46,807 nucleotides of DNA from Macrostomum lignano (Eukaryota): contig NIVC01004412.1 of assembly GCA_002269645.1 (NCBI GenBank), positions 1 to 46,807 of the forward strand, read 5' to 3'. Below, one piece after another: positions 21,872-31,679 of the stretch. The notes beneath the pieces are model-generated. The model saw only the letters and a list, made by a program, of their open reading frames with translations. It had not been told where the DNA came from and made no database searches. The stretch's first letter is position 1, and each line of letters starts with the position of its first letter. Position numbers and translations under genes: made by a program.

Positions 21872-23490
21872 GGCGATCCTTTAGAAACTGTCTAATGGCG
21901 ATCCTTTAGAAACTGTCTAATGGCGATCCCTTAGAAACTGTCTAATGGCGATCCCTTAGAAACTGTCTAATGGCGATCCCTTAGAAACTGTCTAATGACG
22001 ATCCCTTAGAAACTGTCTAATGGCGATCCCTTAGAAACTGTCTAATGGCGATCCCTCAGATACTGTCTAATGGCAATCCCTTAGAAACTGTTTAATGGCG
22101 ATCCCTTAGTAACTGTCTAATGACGATGCCTCAGATACTGTCTAATGGCGATCCCTTAGATACTGTCTAATGGCGATCCCTTAGAAACTGTCTAATGGCG
22201 ATCCCTTAGAAACTGTCTAATGGCGATCCCTTAGAAACTGTCTAATGGCGATCCCTTAGAAACTGTCTAATGACGATCCCTTAGAAACTGTCTAATGGCG
22301 ATCCCTTAGAAACTGTCTAATGGCGATCCCTCAGATACTGTCTAATGGCAATCCCTTAGAAACTGTTTAATGGCGATCCCTTAGTAACTGTCTAATGACG
22401 ATGCCTCAGATACTGTCTAATGGCGATCCCTTAGAAACTGTCTAATGGCGATCCCTCAGATACTGTCTAATGGCAATCCCTTAGAAACTGTTTAATGGCG
22501 ATCCCTTAGTAACTGTCTAATGACGATGCCTCAGATACTGTCTAATGGCGATCCCTTAGAAACTGTCTAATGGCGATCCCTTAGAAACTGTCTAATGGCG
22601 ATCCCTTAGAAACTGTCTAATGGCGATCCCTTAGAAACTGTCTAATGACGATGCCTCAGATACTGTCTAATGGCAATCCCTTAGAAACTGTCTAACGGTG
22701 ACTTCTTAGAAACTGTCTAATGGCAATCCCTTAGAAACTGTCTAATGGCGATCCCTCAGATACTGTCTAATGGCGATCCCTTAGAAACTGTCTAATGGCG
22801 ATCCCTTAGAAACTGTCTAATGGCGATCCCTTAGAAACTGTCTAATGACGATCCCTTAGAAACTGTCTAATGACGATCCCTTAGAAACTGTCTAATGACG
22901 ATCTCTTAGAAACTGTCTAATGACGATCCCTTAGAAACTGTCTAATGACGATCCCTTAGAAACTGTCGAATGACGATTCCTTAGATACTGTCTAATGGCG
23001 ATCCCTTAGAAACTGTCTAATGGTGATTCCTTAGAAACTGTCTAATGGCGATCCCTTAGAAACTGTCTAATGACGATCCCTTAGATACTGTCTAATGGCG
23101 ATCCCTTAGAAACTGTCTAATGGCGATCCCTTAGAAACTGTCTAATGACGATGCCTCAGATACTGTCTAATGGCGATCCCTTAGATACTGTCTAATGGCG
23201 ATCCCTTAGAAACTGTCTAATGACGATGCCTTAGAAACTGTCTAATGGCGATCCCTTAGAAACTGTCTAATGACGATCCCTTAGAAACTGTCTAATGACG
23301 ATCCCTTAGATACTGTCTAATGACGATCCCTTAGAAACTTTCTAATGACGATCCCTTAGAAACTGTCTAATGACGATCCCTTAGATACTGTCTAATGACG
23401 ATCCCTTAGAAACTGTCTAATGACGATCCCTTAGATACTGTCTAATGGCGATCCCTTAGATACTGTCTAATGGCGATCCCTTAGACACTG
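21872..23490. repeat. 25-bp satellite array, about 64 copies, intergenic
   Basis: Unit cttagaaactgtctaatggcgatcc. Confidence 0.95.
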
Positions 23491-23965
23491 TCAAGCGGCA
23501 ATCCATTCTGACCTCGTCTTAAAAAGTCGGCTGTCGTGCCACATTCGACCAACCCAAGGCGCAGGCAGTGTACATGCCTGACGATTGGAAATTCGGTGCC
23601 GCTGTACACCCTGTGAGAGCGTGTGTGCGTGACTGCGGGCCTGTGTACAGCATTGGTGAGCTTGAATGCGCTCAGCAGTCAGCGGAACGGGGCAGAATTG
23701 CCTCAGCGCTGGCTGTGGGCCTAAATAAATATTTATTATATTTATGCTGAAAATGCCATCGCCTCTCTGTCTCCCAGCCTGCGCAGATACCTGATTCCAA
23801 GCTTCGCTTGCAGGTCTACGAACTAAACTACGAGACTACGAGTATAAAATGTTAATCTCACCAGAAAATGCAGTGGAAAAAGTCCCAGAAAAATTCTGCT
23901 CGCCTGGAAAAGCAACTCATAAAAATAGAATGATAGTCAAATCACCGAGAATCTAGTTTTAGATG

Positions 23966-23969
<4 letters not shown>

Positions 23970-24025
<56 letters not shown>

Positions 24026-24044
24026 CACAGACAGACAGACACTA

Positions 24045-24081
<37 letters not shown>

Positions 24082-24106
24082 CACAGACAGACAGACACTA
24101 AGACAC

Positions 24107-24177
<71 letters not shown>

Positions 24178-24189
24178 TACAAGACACTA

Positions 24190-24233
<44 letters not shown>

Positions 24234-24285
24234 TCTAAGACAGACAAACAGACAGACAGACACTAAGACACTAAGACACTAATAC

Positions 24286-24325
<40 letters not shown>

Positions 24326-24330
24326 GGACA
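23970..24330. repeat. (CAGA)n microsatellite with CACTAAGA interruptions
   Basis: Directly visible. Confidence 0.95.
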
Positions 24331-24645
24331 GACGTTGTGCTTTGCATTAACCTGCAATTTTGTCTGGGTTCAGGTATCTTAGAAAAAACAGAGCTCGAAA
24401 TTTAACGCAGTTTGTGTGCCAATTTCTATTCGAAATTGTCAGCGACGCACTGAAAAGCATTTAGCAATATTCGAGATGCTTACATTTTACTTTATTGAAT
24501 CCGAGAAAAATTTATTGTCTTTATTCAACAGCCAAATATTTTCGTTCTTGAAGTGCGAAGTATAGTTCGGAAATGTCAGACCATTTTTTCTTCTCTTGTA
24601 GGACTTGGCATTTTAGCTCGTAATTAATGCTCTGACCAGCTCGTG

Positions 24646-24652
24646 TATATAA
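24646..24652 (+). promoter_or_regulatory. Candidate TATA box of mucin-like gene
   Basis: TATATAA about 70 bp upstream of ATG 24718. Confidence 0.5.
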
Positions 24653-24717
24653 GGTGTTGAAGGCGGACTTCAGGCGCATGCTTCTAGTACTCAATATTGC
24701 TCAAATTTGGATTGGCA

Positions 24718-27186
24718 ATGAATGCTCGACACCTGCTGGCTGGGGGTAAGTAAACCTGAGCTTTGGCTTCTCAACGACAACAAGTATCTGTACGAGCACC
24801 TGCCGGTAACCTGCTTTAAATCCTAATTTTCCGATCCCCAGCCATCATTCTGGCGCTCCTGCAAGCTGCCGCGCCGAAAACTACCAGTGCTACGACAACA
24901 ACGGCTGGTACAAAAAACTCACCTACCAGTGCTACGACAACAACGGCTGGTACAAAAAGCTCACCTACCAGTGCTACGACAACAACGGCTGGTACAAAAA
25001 GCTCACCTACCAGTGCTACGACAACAACGGCTGGTACAAAAAGCTCACCTACCAGTGCTTCGACAACAACGGCTGGTACAAAAAGTTCACCTACCAGTGC
25101 TACGACAACAACGGCTGGTACAAAAAGCTCACCTACCAGTGCTACGACAACAACGGCTGGTACAAAAAGCTCACCTACCAGTGCTACGACAACAACGGCT
25201 GGTACAAAAAGCTCACCTACCAGTGCTACGACAACAACGGCTGGTACAAAAAGCTCACCTACCAGTGCTACGACAACAACGGCTGGTACAAAAAGCTCAC
25301 CTACCAGTGCTACGACAACAACGGCTGGTACAAAAAGCTCACCTACCAGTGCTACGACAACAACGGCTGGTACAAAAAGCTCACCTACCAGTGCTTCGAC
25401 AACAACGGCTGGTACAAAAAGCTCACCTACCAGTGCTTCGACAACAACGGCTGGTACAAAAAGCTCACCTACCAGTGCTACGACAACAACGGCTGGTACA
25501 AAAAGCTCACCTACCAGTGCTACGACAACAACGGCTGGTACAAAAAGCTCACCTACCAGTGCTACGACAACAACGGCTGGTACAAAAAGCTCACCTACCA
25601 GTGCTACGACAACAACGGCTGGTACAAAAAGCTCACCTACCAGTGCTACGACAACAACGGCTGGTACAAAAAGCTCACCTACCAGTGCTACGACAACAAC
25701 GGCTGGTACAAAAAGCTCACCTACCAGTGCTACGACAACAACGGCTGGTACAAAAAGCTCACCTACCAGTGCTACGACAACAACGGCTGGTACAAAAAGC
25801 TCACCTACCAGTGCTTCGACAACAACGGCTGGTACAAAAAGCTCACCTACCAGTGCTACGACAACAACGGCTGGTACAAAAAGCTCACCTACCAGTGCTA
25901 CGACAACAACGGCTGGTACAAAAAGCTCACCTACCAGTGCTTCGACAACAACGGCTGGTACAAAAAGCTCACCTACCAGTGCTACGACAACAACGGCTGG
26001 TACAAAAAGCTCACCTACCAGTGCTACGACAACAACGGCTGGTACAAAAAGCTCACCTACCAGTGCTACGACAACAACGGCTGGTACAAAAAGCTCACCT
26101 ACCAGTGCTACGACAACAACGGCTGGTACAAAAAGCTCACCTACCAGTGCTTCGACAACAACGGCTGGTACAAAAAGCTCACCTACCAGTGCTACGACAA
26201 CAACGGCTGGTACAAAAAGCTCACCTACCAGTGCTACGACAACAACGGCTGGTACAAAAAGCTCACCTACCAGTGCTACGACAACAACGGCTGGTACAAA
26301 AAGCTCACCTACCAGTGCTACGACAACAACGGCTGGTACAAAAAGCTCACCTACCAGTGCTACGACAACAACGGCTGGTACAAAAAGCTCACCTACCAGT
26401 GCTACGACAACAACGGCTGGTACAAAAAGCTCACCTACCAGTGCTTCGACAACAACGGCTGGTACAAAAAGCTCACCTACCAGTGCTACGACAACAACGG
26501 CTGGTACTAAAAGCTCACCTACCAGTGCTACGACAACAACGGCTGGTACAAAAAGCTCACCTACCAGTGCTACGACAACAACGGCTGGTACAAAAAGCTC
26601 ACCTACCAGTGCTTCGACAACAACGGCTGGTACAAAAAGCTCACCTACCAGTGCTACGACAACAACGGCTGGTACAAAAAGCTCACCTACCAGTGCTACG
26701 ACAACAACGGCTGGTACAAAAAGCTCACCTACCAGTGCTTCGACAACAACGGCTGGTACAAAAAGCTCACCTACCAGTGCTACGACAACAACGGCTGGTA
26801 CAAAAAGCTCACCTACCAGTGCTACGACAACAACGGCTGGTACAAAAAGCTCACCTACCAGTGCTACGACAACAACGGCTGGTACAAAAAGCTCACCTAC
26901 CAGTGCTACGACAACAACGGCTGGTACAAAAAGCTCACCTACCAGTGCTACGACAACAACGGCTGGTACAAAAAGCTCACCTACCAGTGCTACGACAACA
27001 ACGGCTGGTACAAAAAGCTCACCTACCAGTGCTACGACAACAACGGCTGGTACAAAAAGCTCACCTACCAGTGCTACGACAACAACGGCTGGTACAAAAA
27101 GCTCAATTAAGTCGGCGACTGAGCTGCGATCCACCTTCCTGTCGGTAGTTCTGGCGCTGGTGTTCAACTTTGCTAATACCCGCTGA
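24718..27186 (+). CDS. Mucin-like Thr/Ser-rich secreted or GPI-anchored protein, 53 x 14-aa repeat, about 790 aa
   Basis: Exon 1 24718-24745 (MNARHLLAG + g / gtaagt); exon 2 24842-27186 (cccag acceptor). Joined: MNARHLLAGAIILALLQAAAPK-(PTSATTTTAGTKSS)x53-IKSATELRSTFLSVVLALVFNFANTR*. Signal-like N-terminus and hydrophobic C-terminus lie in the same frame. Confidence 0.82.
24880..27105. repeat. 42-bp coding tandem repeat, 53 copies
   Basis: Unit cctaccagtgctacgacaacaacggctggtacaaaaagctca; 2226 bp / 42. Confidence 0.95.
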
Positions 27187-27395
27187 TTTGGCATCAGTTA
27201 AACAAGGATTGTGACAGGATGTGCAGTCAGTTCAGTAACATTTATATTTTTTGGATTCAAATATTCCTTACATCCTTCAAGATGTAGCAAAATTAAGTCA
27301 GTGATTATTTGCAAGTGCAATCAGACATACAAATACACGGGACAAATCTACTAAATCAGTTTTCGTAGCAAGCAAGAACCTCAGATTGAATAACT

Positions 27396-27401
27396 AATAA
27401 A
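27396..27401 (+). terminator. Candidate polyadenylation signal of mucin-like gene
   Basis: AATAAA 210 bp after the stop. Confidence 0.45.
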
Positions 27402-27761
27402 GGAAGTATACATAACATAATACTTCTCTTACGATTCTTGAAGAAAATGCCCTAGTTGCCGAAAGCAAATAATGTTGTTAATAAAGTACAAAATGTTGAC
27501 TAAAAGGAGACTGTAAAACCGAGATGGTAAACTCAAAGTTGAGCCCAGCGACGCCATGAGGGTCGTGTCGGCGTTTGTTGCATGTAGCAATGGTGGGGTT
27601 TTGCGACGGAAGAATGGAACCAGGCCATAGTCTAACAACAGATATTGATATGTGGAGGTCAACCGTTATAGAGTAAAGCGAATGGCGTAAATTTAATTGT
27701 TAAATTTAACTATTTATGGTTTGATTGCAGTTAAAAACGCTCAATTACCTTGTACATCAAG

Positions 27762-29545
27762 TAAGGTGAGCAGCAGGACGTCCTGAACAGGTTGGGGGCA
27801 GTAGCCCTCGGCCCGGATCACGTGGCCCGCCAGTTGAAGTCGCCGCCGGCGCAGGATGGTGGACGGGCGCTGCAGCTTGGCCCGATCGTACAGGGCCTCG
27901 GCCCTGACTCTCTCGTCAGTTCGAAAGGCCGCACGGAGCAGCCCTGAGTGCCCCGAGTCCAACTGTCGCTCCAGCGTAGCCATAAGCGTCCACGTCTCGG
28001 CGTTGTAGAGCAGGACGGTTTCGACCACCGCCTGCCACAGCCGAGCCCTCTGGCGGTCGCTCTGCGCTTCGACTGGAGTACGGCTGGGATCAAATGGAAG
28101 ACCGCCCAGGCAAGTCCTCTGCGCCGCTGGAGGTCCTCCTCCACGTGACACCAGACCGCCGAGGTAGGTGAACCGGTGGTAGCGTGCGAGCTTGATTATC
28201 TGCCCGCCTGATGTTTTCCGAGCGAACAGCACAATGTCCTCCGTGGGGACTGGTCTGGTGCAGAAGTCCTCCTTAGCTGGGAGCGGCGTGTCCAGTGGGA
28301 GTGCAAAACTGGCGTGCAGCGGCGACGCGGGTGCGTTCACGATGCTGGCGAAGAAGTTGCGCAATTTGTTCCTGCGCTCCTCCGGGGTGTCGCCGGCCAG
28401 GTTCAGCGCCACGCGCTTTTTTCGCCCCGTCAGAGTCTGGACGGCCGTCACCACTTCGCGGCTCTTCACGTCAGGGCCGGCTGCAGTGATGGATCTGACG
28501 GCGTCGTCGACAGTTGGCCTGCTACCGCTCGTCTAGAAGGCACTCAAACGCGTCTTCAGCGTCGCGTGTGGGCCGCCGGTTTCTGCGGAGTCGCTCGATA
28601 TTGAGCCGTGCTTTCCTGATAGTCGGGTCGCTCTGCCAGACAGGCAGCGATTTTTGCGCTGGCCGCATCAGCGTGACTGTCTGCTTCGCGGTGGCTCTAA
28701 CGGCGGTGCTGATGTCGGAATACTCCGCTTCGCGCTGGTCTCCAAGCGCGGTGACGAAGGCACCCGCGAATTGACGCTTCACGCGGGTGTCCAACAGAGC
28801 GCGATAGTAGCGCCGTGGCCGCTGCTTTGGCGGTCGGTAGAGCTGGTCGCGGAGCTGCAAGTCGCAGAGCAGAAGTCGATGGTCTGACCGAAGAGCCAGT
28901 GGAGCCATGGTGTCGCAGCTGGTGTTGGTGACGCTGCGGCGCTCACGAGTGCGAACCAGCGCATGATCGAGTTGCGCCAGTCTCCTCGTAGCGTTCCGCC
29001 CGCGTGCGTTCCGTCGCCTTCTCTTGCAGCCCGCAAAAGTGACCAGGCGGGCAAGGGGCTTGCGGAACTGGGTGTTTGCGGACACCAGGTCCAGCCGGTC
29101 AAGCAGGTTCTCCAGTGCATCGGTGTTGGCGTTCTCGCGTCCCCCGACAAAGGGCGAGCGCTCGGACCTCCGCGGGACTGCGTTCAGGTCTCCGAGCACC
29201 GCCAGCGTGTCGCGGTTTGGCACCTCTTCTAGCTGCCCAGCCAGGAAGTTGAAGAAGGTACGAGCCTCCTCGGGGTGAACAGCGGTGGGTGCATACACGC
29301 AGAGCAGCCGAATGCAGCGGCCACGCAGGCGCAGGTCGACCCGCATCAGTCGCGGGGACAGCGAGATGCAATGCACGCTCTGCACGCTCTGCGACACCGA
29401 CCCGGCCGCGGTCGTTTGCCGGCGTATACAGGAGGCTCCAGCCGGCTCCGAGGTCCTCAGAGTGGAGCCCCGGCTCAGCTACGATAGAAACCTCCTGCAG
29501 CCTGATGAAGTCCAGCTGTAGGTCGTGGGCCATCATAATGCGACA
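27762..29545 (-). mobile_element. RTE-like non-LTR retrotransposon, internally deleted copy (APE endonuclease + C-terminal region, RT core missing)
   Basis: LDFIRLQEV, LLCVYAPT, VLGDLNA and QLDHALV are APE motifs. After RKTSGG the sequence jumps to RFTYLGG...LLYNAETW...RRRRLQLAGHVIR. Frameshifted. Confidence 0.85.
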
Positions 29546-29634
29546 CCAAGGGGCTTTCAGAGTTCGGACCACTTCAAAAAATATACTACAGTTGTCCTTG
29601 GATAAACGATTAGAAGAAACACAAGCGAATATCT

Positions 29635-30990
29635 CGGCTGGAGCCTCCTGTATACGCCGGCAAACGACCGCGGCCGGGTCGGTGTCGGCGTGCTGATCGA
29701 ACCGCGCCTCCAGCAGAGCGTGCATTGCATCTCGCTGTCCCCGCGACTGATGCGGGTCGACCTGCGCCTGCGTGGCCGCTGCATTCGGCTGCTCTGCGTG
29801 TATGCACCCACCGCTGTTCACCCCGAGGAGGCTCGTACCTTCTTCAACTTCCTGGCTGGGCAGCTAGAAGAGGTGCCAAACCGGAACACGCTGGCGGTGT
29901 TCGGAGACCTGAACGCAGTCCCGCGGAGGTCCGAGCGCTCGCCCTTTGTCGGGGGACGCGAGAACGCCAACACCGATGCACTGGAGAACCTGCTTGACCG
30001 GCTGGACCTGGTGTCCGCAAACACCCAGTTCCGCAAGCCCCTTGCCCGCCTGGTCACTTTTGCGGGCTGCAAGAGAAGGCGACGGAACGCACGCGGGCGG
30101 AACGCTACGAGGAGACTGGCGCAACTCGATCATGCGCTGGTGCGACGCCATGGCTCCCCTGGCTCTCCGGTCAGTCCATCAACTCCTGCTCTGCGACTTG
30201 CGGCTCCACGACCAGCTCTACCGACCGCCACAGCAGCGGCCACGGAGCTACTATCGCGTGAACGCATCGTGAACGCTCCCGCGTCGCCGCTGCCCGCCAG
30301 TTTTGCGCTCCCACTGGACACGCCGCTCACAGCTGAGGAGGACTTCTGCACCAGCGCAGTCACAACGGAGGACGTTGTGCTGTTCGCTCGGAAAGCACTA
30401 GGCGGCGAGGCGCTCGGTCCCGACGAATTCCTCCCAGGTCACAGGCGTCATGAGCTGCGTGTCCCTGCGCCCACCGAGTGGTCCGTCGCACATATCGTGC
30501 CAATTCCGAAGAATGCAGGGACAACGCGGAAAGAAGACCACTGCGGGATCTCGCTGATGTCCTGCACCGCGAAGCTCTTCAATCGGCTGCTGCTCGATCG
30601 CCTGCAGTCAGTGCTGGACCGTCACTGCGGTACGAGCAGAACGCATTCATCAGTCTGCACTTAATATTGTCTTCGTTGACTTTTGACTCGGTGTTCATAG
30701 TCTTCCTTCCCTTCGTCCTTTGAGCCTACCGGGTCCCGCAGCAGCTAATCGACGCTGTCATGGCACTGTATTGCGACACCCGAGCTGCTGTGGTGACGGT
30801 AGACGACCTGTCTGACCTGTTCGACCCCTCATCAGGGGTTCTGAAGGGTGACACGCTAGCGCCGTTCCTCTTTGTGTTGCTGCTGGACTGAGTGCTTCGG
30901 ACCGCGACACTGCCCATGCGCCGCTCTCAGGCTCAGGGGCATAGCCAAGGGGGACACCGGAGACGCTAACATCGGCGATAGATTGATGCA
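29635..30990 (+). mobile_element. RTE-like non-LTR retrotransposon, second defective copy (APE + fragmented RT)
   Basis: Same APE motifs; RT pieces EWSVAHIVPIPK, CGISLMSCTAKLFNRLLLDRL and GVLKGDTLAPFLFVLLLD*, with deletions and a stop. Confidence 0.85.
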
Positions 30991-31545
30991 TGTCTCCCCT
31001 GACGTGAATCCTGGCTACGCGCCTGCTCAGGCTCTGCGGCGCGCCATCTGACGCGCCCTGCTCTACCTGTTACCTTGCATTCGGGGCTGCCTATTTTTGT
31101 TGCTGTTGTTGTATATAGTGGTTCCTTGCGGCCCGCAAAACATTTTTAAATAGGCTTTAGTTTAAAACAAAGTTAATCTTGTTAAAGTAGTTTTTATGAG
31201 CTAAAGTGATTTTAAGATGGCAAATTTTAGTTAAAAAATCTTAAATACATTGAAAATTTGTGCGAAGAACTGACTAAAGAGTAGTATTTTAAAATATTAT
31301 ACAGATGATTTTCTGTATATATACCATTCTAGCTATAGCACGTGTGTTGTGCTTATAGTTAGCAAATCAATACATTGAATGGTTTGTTTATATTGTTTGC
31401 ATCTGTAACTGTTTATCATTTCGCATTAAGAACCTACTGTTGTAGCAAATAATTAACCGCCGACATAAAAAGGTGTTTCTTTCGCAGGTTTCCTAAACCT
31501 TCTAGTTTTAATTAAACCGTGACAGTAAAAAGTCAAATCCAACAA

Positions 31546-31679
31546 ATGGAGAATCAATGGGAGCTAGATAAAGAAAATGTTCAACACGCAAAAGGAGGAA
31601 GGTCGGTAGAGCAATTAAATTTAAGTCTTGCCCAGAGTCACTCTGAAGACCACCAAAAATATTTAAAAAACAAAAGACA
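31546..31679 (+). CDS. BUB1: BUB1/BUBR1 exon 1 (KEN box at 31570-31578)
   Basis: WELDKENVQ resembles the BubR1/Mad3 KEN1 motif; donor gtaagt at 31680. Confidence 0.85.

Noticed and set aside
21872-23490. CRISPR-like appearance of the 25-bp array (and of the 31-, 32- and 55-bp arrays)
   Set aside because: Units are contiguous with no unique spacers, no cas genes are present, and the context is eukaryotic.
24816-27194. 792-aa minus-strand ORF (VALVGELFVPAVVV)n and 753-aa plus-strand ORF (LRQQRLVQKAHLPV)n
   Set aside because: Shadow frames of the 42-bp repeat. Only the Thr/Ser frame has a spliced signal-like peptide, a hydrophobic tail and GC3-biased flanks.
28950-30145. Long-read missed-adapter artefact as cause of the LINE palindrome
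   Set aside because: The arms differ by structured deletions, a short duplication and substitutions, and are separated by a 190-bp spacer; not fully excluded without reads.
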